DNA from: Candidatus Sericytochromatia bacterium | GTDB lineage: Bacteria; Cyanobacteriota; Sericytochromatia; S15B-MN24; VGJW01 | Assembly (NCBI GenBank): GCA_035285865.1 | Contig: JAYKHS010000022.1 | Span: 128,273 to 192,272, forward strand | DNA length: 64,000 bases | Direction: 5' to 3' | In this document: positions 49,006-58,359 of the stretch, piece by piece | Numbering within the stretch: position 1 is the stretch's first letter | Layout: each line of letters begins with the position of its first letter | The notes under the pieces: generated by a model | Told to the model about the DNA's origin: nothing | The model's input: the letters and a program-made list of their open reading frames with translations, nothing else | Databases searched by the model: none | Translations under genes and position numbers: made by a program

Positions 49006-49656
49006 ATGATCGTCAGGCAGGTTCTGGTCGTGAGCAACTGGTCCGTGGCGCTTGCCGGCCTCGCGGGGGGGGGCGCAGCGCTCCTGCTCCTCCGTCGACC
49101 TCGTGGTGCGCGCGCCGCACGTCTGCTTGTCGGTCCGCGGACCGGCAGGCGAGTCAATGCTCGCCACCGACGCAGGGAACGGGCCCGGATCGCCTCGGCG
49201 CTGCCTGACATGCTGGAGTTGACAGCCGCTGCCGTGGGAGCCGGGCTCGGGCTGGACGCCGCCTGGGCAGCCATCCTGGAAGGCCCCCCGGCAGCACCTC
49301 CCCATCCGCTGCATGACGAGATGGCACGCTACCTGTCCGCCATTCGCCTCGGAGCATCCCGCGCCGACGCACTGGCCGGGATGGCCGCGCGGACCGGCCT
49401 TGCGGACGTGACGCGCCTCTGTGCCGCACTGCTGCAGGCGGAGCGGCACGGGATCGGCCTGAACGGGGTCCTGCAGGGTCAGGCGGCGGCCATTCGCTCA
49501 GCGCGGCGACAGCGCGCGCGACGCCAGGCTCAGGAGGCTCCGGTCAGGCTGCTGTTTCCCCTCGTGCTCGGGATGTTCCCGGCCTTGCTCGTGGTGACGC
49601 TCGGGCCGCCGGCACTCAAGGTCTGGGAGGTCCTCAGCCGACAGGCGGGGAGCTGA
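49006..49656 (+). CDS. tadC: TadC (T2SS F-family)
   Basis: LPDMLEL...AGLGLDAA, QAERHG, APVRLLFPL...FPA. Confidence 0.88.
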   Translation: MIVRQVLVVSNWSVALAGLAGGGAALLLLRRPRGARAARLLVGPRTGRRVNARHRRRERARIASALPDMLELTAAAVGAGLGLDAAWAAILEGPPAAPPHPLHDEMARYLSAIRLGASRADALAGMAARTGLADVTRLCAALLQAERHGIGLNGVLQGQAAAIRSARRQRARRQAQEAPVRLLFPLVLGMFPALLVVTLGPPALKVWEVLSRQAGS

Positions 49657-50275
49657 CGGGCGGCCGGGCTGCGAGGACGTGTCTCCGGATCCACCAGCCG
49701 GCCCCCCCGACGAGCAGGATGCCGATGATGAGGTCGAACCGGTGCATCCAGTGCCGCAGCGGTTCCAGGTTCTCGCCCAGTCGGACACCGATCCAGAGGA
49801 AGAGGTACGACCAGATCCACGACCCCAGCAGCGTGTAGACCGAGAAGGGCAGCAACGGTACGCGCGAGATGCCCGCGGGCAAGGAGATGAAGGTGCGGAC
49901 GACGGGCAGGAGTCGCCCCCAGAATGAGGCGGCGTTCCCCCAGCGTGCGAAGAACCGATCCGCGATCTCGAGGTCGTGCGTCGACATGAACACGTAGCGA
50001 CCGTAACGCTCGAGGAAGGGCCGCCCGCCATAGGCACCGACGCCCCACGCGATCCAGCTGCCGACCAGATTGCCCACGCCGCCTGCGAAGGCCGCGAGGT
50101 GGAAATTCATCTGCCCCTGAGCCACGAGGACTCCGGCCGCCGGCATGATGACCTCGCTGGGCAGCGGGATGCAGGCACTCTCGATGGCCATGGCAAGGAC
50201 GACGCCACCGTAGCCGAAGGCCTCGAGCAGGCTCTTCACCCAACCGGCCAGGAACGCGATGATCTCGGTGAACAT
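49634..50275 (-). CDS. dedA: DedA family membrane protein
   Basis: ESACIPLPSE, GRLLPVVRTFISLPAG. Confidence 0.92.
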   Translation of the reverse strand: MFTEIIAFLAGWVKSLLEAFGYGGVVLAMAIESACIPLPSEVIMPAAGVLVAQGQMNFHLAAFAGGVGNLVGSWIAWGVGAYGGRPFLERYGRYVFMSTHDLEIADRFFARWGNAASFWGRLLPVVRTFISLPAGISRVPLLPFSVYTLLGSWIWSYLFLWIGVRLGENLEPLRHWMHRFDLIIGILLVGGAGWWIRRHVLAARPPVSSPPVG

Positions 50276-50313
50276 GGTTTCAGGATACCGGGCGTGTCCT
50301 GCGGTCGTCGATT

Positions 50314-50346
50314 CGTAAGCCTGTTGTAAGCGGCCGTGGGCATGAT
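50314..50346 (+). promoter_or_regulatory. variant 11-bp-period direct repeat plus -10
   Basis: CGTAAGCC-TGT-TGTAAGCG-N8-CATGAT; ATG at 50353. Confidence 0.5.
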
Positions 50347-50352
50347 GGAGGC

Positions 50353-51462
50353 ATGAAAGCCCGAAGCATCTCCCGCGCATCGACTCTACCGATGGTGGCT
50401 GCCTTGCTGCTGGTGGCCTGCCAGCAGGCGCAGGTGCCTGCGGCGACCCAGACGACCGTCACGCCGCTGGCCACCGTGTTGCCCGACGACCTCGGAGAGA
50501 CGGCCGAACTGGGTACGGACGCCGAAGAACTCGCGCTCATCAGCCGGTTGCTGGAGGGCGACACCATCGTGGAAGAGTTGGCTGGTCTGACGCCCTTGGT
50601 CAACGACGGTGGGGCCGTGTTCCTCGATCAGTCGGCCGCGACCTACCGGACGGCAGCCGTGGGATTTCCCGGTCGTCCCTTCGATCGCGACTTCGACAAG
50701 GTGCCGCGCCTCAGGGTGCTGCCGATGACGCGCAAGGCCGCAGGCAAGCCCGACAAGGTCGAGGTCTCCTGTGCCGTCGACGGGACCGATCCCGGAGACG
50801 AGCGCCGCCGCACCATCTGCATCGACAGGAGCCGCAGGACGGCCTCGGTGGTTTCGAGCGAACGCCTGCAGGGCCGCCTCGCCGTCGACTTGCCTCCCTA
50901 CTATTCCGGCAGTCTTGGCGACATCTCCGAAACGAATCCTGGTGATGGCGTGGGGTTGCCCCTTCGGTCGGGTCGTGCCGAAACGCGCCTCGAGTTCGTG
51001 CGCCGGCGTGCGGGCTGGGAAGTCCTTGCTGTATCGTCCACCCGTTTCGTTTCGGATGACCTTCCTGCATCGGCACCGCGGATCAGCTGGATTGATGGTG
51101 TCTACGGCGACTCAAGGCGCGTGCCGGAGCACGAGCGGTTCGACAAGCTCTTCCGGCGGGATCGCTTCCCCGGGATGCCGCCGAACAGCCAACTCCTGCT
51201 TCGGGTCCGCATGTCGGCCGCGGCACCCACGCTAGTCATGGCGACCGGCTTCGGTCCCGCTCCAATTCGCCTCGTGGACGACGGCAGCCGAGGGGATGAT
51301 ATCGCCGGGGATGGGCTTTATTCAGCGCGAGTCCCGACTCCGCGCCAGCCTTTGCGCGCTTTCCGCCTCACGGTGACGGCGGTGCCCGCGTCATACCTTG
51401 CAACCGAGTCTGTCTCGGCCGTGCCTGAGGAGACGTGGATCGTGCCTTTCGCGATTCAGTGA
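50353..51462 (+). CDS. lipoprotein with C-terminal choice-of-anchor X-like motif
   Basis: Lipobox LVAC; LVDDGSRGDDIAGDGLYSA. Confidence 0.7.
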   Translation: MKARSISRASTLPMVAALLLVACQQAQVPAATQTTVTPLATVLPDDLGETAELGTDAEELALISRLLEGDTIVEELAGLTPLVNDGGAVFLDQSAATYRTAAVGFPGRPFDRDFDKVPRLRVLPMTRKAAGKPDKVEVSCAVDGTDPGDERRRTICIDRSRRTASVVSSERLQGRLAVDLPPYYSGSLGDISETNPGDGVGLPLRSGRAETRLEFVRRRAGWEVLAVSSTRFVSDDLPASAPRISWIDGVYGDSRRVPEHERFDKLFRRDRFPGMPPNSQLLLRVRMSAAAPTLVMATGFGPAPIRLVDDGSRGDDIAGDGLYSARVPTPRQPLRAFRLTVTAVPASYLATESVSAVPEETWIVPFAIQ

Positions 51463-51521
51463 CTCGGGGCCCGCACTTTGCGGTCCTGTCAGGGTATAGG
51501 ATCGGGGCGGAGGGACGTTCG

Positions 51522-52532
51522 GTGGCGCTGGAAAGGCTGGGTGCGCAGGGGGGCAGCAGGTCGCTCGGCCGTGAACTGCCGCAGGCTGCGCCGTCTGATG
51601 CGTCCGGATTGCCACAGCTCCCGTCAGATGCGCTTGCCGTCCTCAGGGGGGGGGTGGGCGCTTTCTTGAGGGGCCTCGGCAACTTCACGTTCCACGGTCC
51701 CATGCGCGATTCCGTGCGGGAGGTGCTGCTGCGCAGAGCCGATGCCGCAGCAGCAGGTCCGGACGCCTGGGATCCCGCGAAACCGCTGAGCGTCGCCCGC
51801 AGCGCACACCATACCAATACCGTCCAGGACTTTGCCAATGCGATCGAGGGCCCTTGGGACTGGCTTGAAGGGGATGTGTGGCTCGAGGGCGCTGCGCGTC
51901 GTCTCGGGCCCCTTGAACGCGTGCGTGAGCCCATCATGGCGCACGACCCCACGGAGCATCCGACCTTGCGGACCTCGGAGTGGCTCGAGCTGGGCATCCG
52001 CTCCGGCAAGGGCCTGAAGTTGGACCTCAAGCATGCTGCCGCAGTTCCGGACGTTCTGGACCTCCTCGAACGTCGCCCTGTGCCCCCCGGCAAACTGATG
52101 ATCAACATGGACGTCATCGACGGCCCTGGAGCACCGGGAGGTTGGAAGCGCCGCCTGCTCGAGGTCGTGGCGGATCGGATGCCTTCCCGAGGGACGCTTG
52201 CCCGCATCCGCAAGGCGCAGCCCGACGCGATCATCAGCTTGGGCATCGCGACCCGGGGCAGCCGGCCCGGCGACAAGTTCACGGATGCCCAGATCGATCG
52301 CCTCGTGACCATGGCGAAGGTCGCAGGCAGTCCTGTTCACTTCGCGCTCCGGGCCGATCTCGTGACGCCGGCCATCGTCGCGCGCCTGAGTTCCCACGGC
52401 AAGGTCGGAGTCTGGAACGATCCGGCCGTATGGGCACCCGCCAGCGTCGCGCAGGCAAGGCGTCGGTTCCTGGACATGGGTTGTGCAGGCATCCTCGATC
52501 TCCGCACCGCCCGGGACAATGGCGCAGTGTGA
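51522..52532 (+). CDS. FAM151/menorin (DUF2181)-like PLC-phosphodiesterase-fold protein
   Basis: AHHTN, LEGDV, PIMAHD, EWL...GKGLKLDLK, GVWND. Confidence 0.68.
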   Translation: MALERLGAQGGSRSLGRELPQAAPSDASGLPQLPSDALAVLRGGVGAFLRGLGNFTFHGPMRDSVREVLLRRADAAAAGPDAWDPAKPLSVARSAHHTNTVQDFANAIEGPWDWLEGDVWLEGAARRLGPLERVREPIMAHDPTEHPTLRTSEWLELGIRSGKGLKLDLKHAAAVPDVLDLLERRPVPPGKLMINMDVIDGPGAPGGWKRRLLEVVADRMPSRGTLARIRKAQPDAIISLGIATRGSRPGDKFTDAQIDRLVTMAKVAGSPVHFALRADLVTPAIVARLSSHGKVGVWNDPAVWAPASVAQARRRFLDMGCAGILDLRTARDNGAV

Positions 52533-55500
52533 ACCAGGCCGACCTGTCACGACGCAAGCTCAGGCCTGTCTCCGTTCCGTCCGGTGCGCTCGCGCGTCCC
52601 CGGCTCGCGGCGCGTCTGGCGGAGGGGCTGCGCGAGGGCTGTTTCCTGACCCTGTTGTCAGCCGGGCCGGGCTACGGCAAGACGACGGCGGCGGCAAGAC
52701 ATGCGGCGGCTTTCGGGGGACGAGTGGCGTGGTATCGGCTCGATGGAGCCGATCGTGATCCGGTCAAGTTCCTGGCGCATCTCGAAGCCGCCTTGTCCGA
52801 GCTGGGCGTGACGCTCGGGCAGTCCGTGGTGCCCGGACTTGCGCAGGCCAAGGAGCCCGTGCACGTTCTTGGTCAGGCCCTCGAGCGTCTGTCGGATGCG
52901 TGGGCCAGCACACTGGGCGAGCCTGCCCTGCTGGTACTCGATGACATGCATGAGGCCGGAGGCATCACGGGTCTCTGGGAGGCCTTTGCGGGCTTCCTCG
53001 AAGGGTTGCCGGCGCGGGCGCATGTGCTGGTCACGACCCGTGCCCTGCCGGAATTGCCGCTGCCGCTCTGGCGGGTCAGGCGGCAGGCCATCCACCTGAC
53101 GGCAGAGGACATGGCCCTCGACGAGGACGAGGTGGCCGAGTTCCTCGCGGGACGGGCCGGGACTCGTCCCGGGGCCTTTCTGGAGCGGGCCGCCATTCGG
53201 ACGGAGGGCTGGCTCGCCGCCCTGCTGCTGGCGATCGAGTCGGGTGTGCTGCCAGGTGGTTCCGACGATCCTCCCGGGGGGCTTGCCGACTACCTTGTCA
53301 CCGAGATTGTCGCGCGCAGGGAGCCGGAGTCGCGCGCGGCCCTGCTGCTGTTTGCCCTGTTGCCCGAACTGGTTCCGGACGCTCTCGCTCGGTTGCTGGG
53401 CGCGGATGCGCGGGCGAGGGCCGAAGAACTTGCGGATTCATATCTGTTGGTGCGCCTGCCTGAAGGAGCTTGGCGCATGCATCCGCTTCTGCGGGACGTG
53501 CTGCGGATCCGGGGACCGCAGTTGCTGCTCGAGTCGGGCCGGTCGGAGGCGCTCTGCAGGGTTGCGGAACTCTGGGCTTCCGAAGATCCCCTCGAGGCCC
53601 TGCGTCTGTGGCAGGTCGCTCTTCCCGGTGCAGACGCCGATGCACGCGCGGTTTCTCTGGGATGGGAGCAGTTGCGCAGCCGCCATCTGGCGACGGTGTC
53701 CTTGCTGCTGGAGCGGGTTTCCCCGGCAGGACGGGAGACCGCCGATTGGCGGATGCTGGCCGGGGAGCGTGATCGCCTCGAGGGGCACTTCGATCGGGCT
53801 GCCAGTCACCTTTCCCGTGCTGCCGACATGGAGGAGCAGGCGGGCCATCCCCAGCTTGCGGCTGAGGCCCTGGCGTATCTCGCCGCCGTCGAAGCGGCTC
53901 GAGGCGAGGCTGGTGCTTCGCGAACCGCGCGTCGTGCGCTGCGCGACCTGCTCCCTGAACGCCACGGCCCCCGAGGCCTTGCCGAGACGGTCCTCGGGGT
54001 GCAGGCGCTCTTCGCCGACGACGAGGCGTTGGCCCGCGAGCATCTCGAGCGGGCTCTCGAGGCCGGGCGTCTGGCGGCCGACCTCGGGGCCCAGGCGCGG
54101 GTGCAGCACAATCTCGGCCTCCTGCATGCCCGGCATGGCCGCTTCGGTGCGGCGCGCGCCAGCTATGAGGACGCCATTCGCCTTTCTCGGGAAGCCGGTC
54201 TCTTGCCCATGGCGATGACGGCCAACAACCTCGGTGCCCTTTGTCTGCATGCTGGCGATCCCGAGGCAGCGCGCAGGCATCTCGACGAGGGACTCGAACT
54301 CGCAAGGCTCGCCGGGGGACGCCGGGAGACGCTCTACCTGATGATTTCTCTGGGTGACTGGGCGTTGCGGCAGGGCCATGTCCTGGATGCCCGCACCGGA
54401 TTCACGGAGGCCAGGGAGGAGGCGCGGCGCCTAGGAGACCGGGGACAGGAGGCAGCGGCTTGTGCCGGCCTCGCTCAAGTGGCGCTCGTCGAGGATCAGG
54501 CCGTCGAGGCCGAACGACTGATGCGCGAGGCTCTTGATCTGCGGGCGCCTCGGGAGGGTGACCCTACGCTCGGCGACATGGTCTTCACGATGGCGCGCGT
54601 GCAGGTGGCCCGCGGTCGGGCAGAGGAGGCGCGTTCCGCGCTGGCGCATGCCGTTCCCGTCTTGCGACGCCTCGGTTATCGTTACCGCCTTGTGCAGGCC
54701 CTCGCGCAGCTCGGGGCACTTGGGGACGAGACAGCGGCAGGCGAGGCCGCCTCGCTTGCGGAGGCGTATGGTTATTCAGGGATCAAGGGGCTGGATGCCC
54801 TGCCTGCCGCGTCCGAAAAAGCGCGCACCCCGGCCCTCGCGATCCGGTCCTTCGGTACCCTCGAGGTCGAAGTGGCCGGCCGTCTGCTGACGGCCCGCGA
54901 TTGGCAGGGCAACAAGCCGCGCGTGCTGCTTGCCTACCTGTTGGTGCATCCGCGGGGTGCCACGAAGGAGGAGTTGGCCGAGCACCTCTATGGGGAACGC
55001 GACACCACCCGGTCTGCCGTTCACGTGGTCGTTTCGCGTCTCAGGCAGGCCTTGGAGCCCGGCCTTGCCAGGCCTCAGGATTCGCGTTTCCTGAAGCTGG
55101 AGCAGGGGCGCTACCGCATCGCGCTGGAGCAGGACGTGACGTGGGATGCTGCAGCCGTGAAGCAGTGGCTCGATCGTGCGGCTGAGGCGGGGCTGGATCC
55201 CGGCTTGAAGCGCAAGGCTCTGGAGGAGGCCCTCTCGCTGGAGACGGGTCGTTTTCTCGCCGGGATGGAGGGGGAGCTCTGGGCGGTCATGGCCCAGGAG
55301 TCGTGGCGGCGCCGCCTGCGCGAGGCCTTTGGCGTGCTGGTTGCTCTGCTGGTCGAACAGCGCGAGGACGAGGCTGTCCTGACGTGGGCCGACAGGGTAC
55401 TTGGCCATGATCGGACGTGCGAGGAAGCTCATGTCGCGCGCATGGAGGCTCTGGCCCGTCTCGGGCGGGCTGATGCGGCCCGTCGGCAATACCGCTTGCT

Positions 55501-55606
55501 GGTCGAGCTGCTCGAACGCGAGTTGGGGGTCGTGCCGACCGCGGCAACCGAGGCGGCATGGAGGCGGATCTCGTCTTCGTCGCAGGCGCGCGGTGGCCTG
55601 GCGTGA
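52529..55606 (+). CDS. large ATP-binding regulator: MalT-like STAND ATPase + TPR + wHTH-BTAD
   Basis: AGPGYGKTT, LLVLDDMH, TEGWLAAL, MHPLLRD; TPRs; RVLLAYLL, VSRLRQALEP, EEAHVARM, ELGVVP. Confidence 0.88.
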   Translation: MNQADLSRRKLRPVSVPSGALARPRLAARLAEGLREGCFLTLLSAGPGYGKTTAAARHAAAFGGRVAWYRLDGADRDPVKFLAHLEAALSELGVTLGQSVVPGLAQAKEPVHVLGQALERLSDAWASTLGEPALLVLDDMHEAGGITGLWEAFAGFLEGLPARAHVLVTTRALPELPLPLWRVRRQAIHLTAEDMALDEDEVAEFLAGRAGTRPGAFLERAAIRTEGWLAALLLAIESGVLPGGSDDPPGGLADYLVTEIVARREPESRAALLLFALLPELVPDALARLLGADARARAEELADSYLLVRLPEGAWRMHPLLRDVLRIRGPQLLLESGRSEALCRVAELWASEDPLEALRLWQVALPGADADARAVSLGWEQLRSRHLATVSLLLERVSPAGRETADWRMLAGERDRLEGHFDRAASHLSRAADMEEQAGHPQLAAEALAYLAAVEAARGEAGASRTARRALRDLLPERHGPRGLAETVLGVQALFADDEALAREHLERALEAGRLAADLGAQARVQHNLGLLHARHGRFGAARASYEDAIRLSREAGLLPMAMTANNLGALCLHAGDPEAARRHLDEGLELARLAGGRRETLYLMISLGDWALRQGHVLDARTGFTEAREEARRLGDRGQEAAACAGLAQVALVEDQAVEAERLMREALDLRAPREGDPTLGDMVFTMARVQVARGRAEEARSALAHAVPVLRRLGYRYRLVQALAQLGALGDETAAGEAASLAEAYGYSGIKGLDALPAASEKARTPALAIRSFGTLEVEVAGRLLTARDWQGNKPRVLLAYLLVHPRGATKEELAEHLYGERDTTRSAVHVVVSRLRQALEPGLARPQDSRFLKLEQGRYRIALEQDVTWDAAAVKQWLDRAAEAGLDPGLKRKALEEALSLETGRFLAGMEGELWAVMAQESWRRRLREAFGVLVALLVEQREDEAVLTWADRVLGHDRTCEEAHVARMEALARLGRADAARRQYRLLVELLERELGVVPTAATEAAWRRISSSSQARGGLA

Positions 55607-56625
55607 GCCATGCTCTCGGGATGACCCCAGCCTGGTTCATTCTTGGCAAGGCGAACCGGCGCGTGGCCGGCAGCCGTCCCTTCCGACTGCGTGGCGTGCC
55701 CTACGTCCTCTTTCCGGGAAGGGACGGACGTGCCGTCGCCATCGTTGATCGATGCCCCCATCGTGGCGTGCCGCTGTCGCTGGGCAAGGCGCGGTACGGG
55801 ATCATCGCCTGCGCGTACCACGGTTGGGAGTTCGATGGCACCGGTCGATGCACGCTGGTGCCTGCGCTGGGTCCGGGGGGAACACCTCCGCGTGGGGCCT
55901 GTGTCGAGGCGCTGGTCCTCCGTGAGCGCCAGGGCTGGCTGTGGGCGTGGCAAGGGGCCGATGAGCCGGACGATGAGCCGCCTGAGGTGCCCGGCCACGG
56001 TTGGCCCGGATGGGGGCATGTGCGCTTCAGTCAGGTGCTGGAGGCCCGGGTGGACGAGGTCATCGAGAATTTCATCGACTGCCCGCACACGGGGTACGTT
56101 CACGGCGGTCTCTTCCGCACTCCGGCCGATCACGAGGCCGTGCACCATGTCCGGCAGGATGCGACGGGTGTTCGGGTCGACATCGAGGAACAGGCCAGAC
56201 CACGCAGCTTGCTGGGCAGGTTGCTGGTCCGAGGGGGGGTGCGGGTCGAGCACGTGGACCGCTTTCTCGCGCCCGCCACGGTCGAGGTGCGCTACCGTTT
56301 CGGTGCGCGCTGGGAGGTTGTGGGACGTCAGACGTGCACGCCCGTGGGGCCGTGGCAGACAGCCGTCCATGTCGACGTCGCGTGGCGGTTGCCGCCGATC
56401 ACGGCCTTTCTTGGCCCGGTCGTGGCTCTGGTCGGCCGTCTGGTGCTCGGTCAGGACAGGGCCATCCTGGAACGCCAGGCGCGGCACCTGCGGTTGATGG
56501 GCGAGCAATTCTGCTCGACCGAGGCCGATGTCACCAACCTGTGGATCCAAGGATGGCGCAAGCGCTGGTCTCGCGGTGAGGCGGCCCTGCAGGAGCACGC
56601 GAAGACGGTCCGCTTCCGGCTCTAG
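55603..56625 (+). CDS. Rieske non-heme iron oxygenase alpha subunit (VanA-like)
   Basis: DRCPHRG...CAYHGW; ENFIDCPHTGYVH; QD. Confidence 0.9.
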   Translation: MSHALGMTPAWFILGKANRRVAGSRPFRLRGVPYVLFPGRDGRAVAIVDRCPHRGVPLSLGKARYGIIACAYHGWEFDGTGRCTLVPALGPGGTPPRGACVEALVLRERQGWLWAWQGADEPDDEPPEVPGHGWPGWGHVRFSQVLEARVDEVIENFIDCPHTGYVHGGLFRTPADHEAVHHVRQDATGVRVDIEEQARPRSLLGRLLVRGGVRVEHVDRFLAPATVEVRYRFGARWEVVGRQTCTPVGPWQTAVHVDVAWRLPPITAFLGPVVALVGRLVLGQDRAILERQARHLRLMGEQFCSTEADVTNLWIQGWRKRWSRGEAALQEHAKTVRFRL

Positions 56626-56676
56626 CGTGACGGCCCTAGCAACAGCGCCGCCCGGAAGACCGGACGGCGCGTCGAG

Positions 56677-56758
56677 TGCCGAGGACGAGACTTGAACTCG
56701 TACACCTTTCGGTACACGCCCCTCAAACGTGCGCGTCTGCCAGTTCCGCCACCTCGGC
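56677..56758 (-). tRNA. tRNA-Leu(GAG)
   Basis: Reverse complement GCCGAGGTGGCGGAACTGGCAGACGCG-CACGT-TTGAGGG-GCGTG, long variable arm, AGTTCAAGT. Confidence 0.95.
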
Positions 56759-56812
56759 CGGGGGGTTGTCATCATCGACCGTGGGGGGCCGTGCTGTCAA
56801 GGGCGTGCTACG

Positions 56813-57190
56813 ATGCCAACCGTGTGGCTCGCGGCTGCTCCTGCCGTGCCACCGGCCCGGGTGCCGGTGGCCGTTGTCTCGTCACCGCCGCGGGAGGTCC
56901 TCGAGCTTCCGGGTTTGCCGCCCGATGACCCGAGGGTCGCGGCAGGCCTCTCGTTTGCGGTCAATGGTCTTGGGCAGGCCTACAACGGCGATTGGGACAA
57001 GGCGTGGTGGCTGTTGGGGGCATGGGGCCTTTATCCGCTGGCCTGGGCCCTCGATGCCGGCACGGGATCGGGCACGGCTCGCACGCTCGTGACGGTGGGG
57101 ATGCTCGGTGCCAAGGGGTGGGCGTGCTGGGATGCCTGGCATGTCGCGGCGCGACACGCTCAGGAAGGCGTGGGAGGAAAGAGTCCATGA
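56813..57190 (+). CDS. small membrane protein (TM2/DUF5683-like)
   Basis: AAGLSFAVNGLGQAYNGDWDKA...WACWDAW. Confidence 0.65.
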   Translation: MPTVWLAAAPAVPPARVPVAVVSSPPREVLELPGLPPDDPRVAAGLSFAVNGLGQAYNGDWDKAWWLLGAWGLYPLAWALDAGTGSGTARTLVTVGMLGAKGWACWDAWHVAARHAQEGVGGKSP

Positions 57191-58359
57191 GGGTCCTTGC
57201 ATCGCAAGCCGCAATCGTCGCGGCGGCCGTTGCCGGTTGGCCGGCTATCGCCGGGGCCAATTCGCTGTGGGGATATAGTGGTGAGGGCGTCTTGCCGGGT
57301 ACCCGCACGCTGGAGGCAGGGGAGATTGGTCTCTCCGCATCGGCCATGGTTCTGCCCGGCGGAGCTTCGATGATGGCACCGCTTGGCCTTGCGGCCGGTG
57401 TGCTGCCCGGCCTCGAAGTCGCGCTGACGGCTCCGTTCGGCCAGCCGGGCTATTCCGGAGTCATGGCCCATGTCAATGCCCGTCTGTCCCGACCCGAGGA
57501 CCAGACACGCGTGGTCTGCGGCGTGACGAATCTCATGGGCCAGGACCTGAAGTTGCCCGTCGGCGGTGCCGCCGAGACGCCTTCTTTCGTGGCCGCCAAT
57601 CAGTTGCACCTGCTGGTGGGGCGCGACCTGATGCTTCCGGTCGAAGGCAAGGAGGTAACGGTAGGTTCGTGGTCGCTGGGCTTCACCGGGAGGATGCAGG
57701 CGCAGGCCCAGTTCATCCGCTCGCGATTCGTGGCCGGCCTGTCCGTTCCGGTTGCTCGGGGTGGCCAGGCTTTTGTGGAATATCTCGGTAGCAGCCAGGC
57801 CGATGATGACAGCTCGCTCAACCTTGGCGTGGGTTGGCTGGTTTCGCGTGAACTGACGATCAAGCTCACGACCTTCGGACATCCTGGTCGCCTCGTGGAC
57901 CTCGGTGCGCGAGCCTTGGCGCTGGGCATCTCGTGGCGCGCGCCCTTCGCGCCCGCGACGGAAGCCTCCCAGCGCCTCCAAGGTTCGCTGCCCCGTCTGG
58001 ATCCGGCCCCGGCCGCGGGTGCGATTCAATCCGGACTGGCGTTCCTCGATGCGGCGCAGCCGACCGTCGCTTCCGATTCTGTCCAGCCGCCGGCGCCGCC
58101 TGCTGTCGCCGTCTGGGGCAGGGTGCGCGACACGGCCGGCGTGCCGCGGTCCGGTGTCGCCGTCAGGCTCGAGGGGGCCTCCCGTCCCCTCGTTCGGACC
58201 ACGACGGCCAAGGGCGTGTTCGTGCTGGCTCCTGTCGAGAAGGGCACGTATGACCTCGTGGCCACGGATCCGACCGGTCGACTCGTCGCCTCCCGGACCA
58301 TCGAGGTTTCGGGTCAGGGCCCCGTCGAGGCAGACCTCGCGGCATCCGGCAACCCTTGA
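57187..58359 (+). CDS. secreted beta-barrel (YjbH-like) protein with C-terminal carboxypeptidase-regulatory-like domain
   Basis: Signal peptide; GYSGEGVLP..TL; alternating beta strands; VWGRVRD..G.P..GV.V...T...G.F. Confidence 0.6.
   Translation: MRVLASQAAIVAAAVAGWPAIAGANSLWGYSGEGVLPGTRTLEAGEIGLSASAMVLPGGASMMAPLGLAAGVLPGLEVALTAPFGQPGYSGVMAHVNARLSRPEDQTRVVCGVTNLMGQDLKLPVGGAAETPSFVAANQLHLLVGRDLMLPVEGKEVTVGSWSLGFTGRMQAQAQFIRSRFVAGLSVPVARGGQAFVEYLGSSQADDDSSLNLGVGWLVSRELTIKLTTFGHPGRLVDLGARALALGISWRAPFAPATEASQRLQGSLPRLDPAPAAGAIQSGLAFLDAAQPTVASDSVQPPAPPAVAVWGRVRDTAGVPRSGVAVRLEGASRPLVRTTTAKGVFVLAPVEKGTYDLVATDPTGRLVASRTIEVSGQGPVEADLAASGNP

Noticed and set aside
51980..52528. N-terminal 183-aa extension of the 1208-aa ORF
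   Set aside because: Overlaps the FAM151-like gene in another frame; MalT-like similarity starts at GTG 52529.
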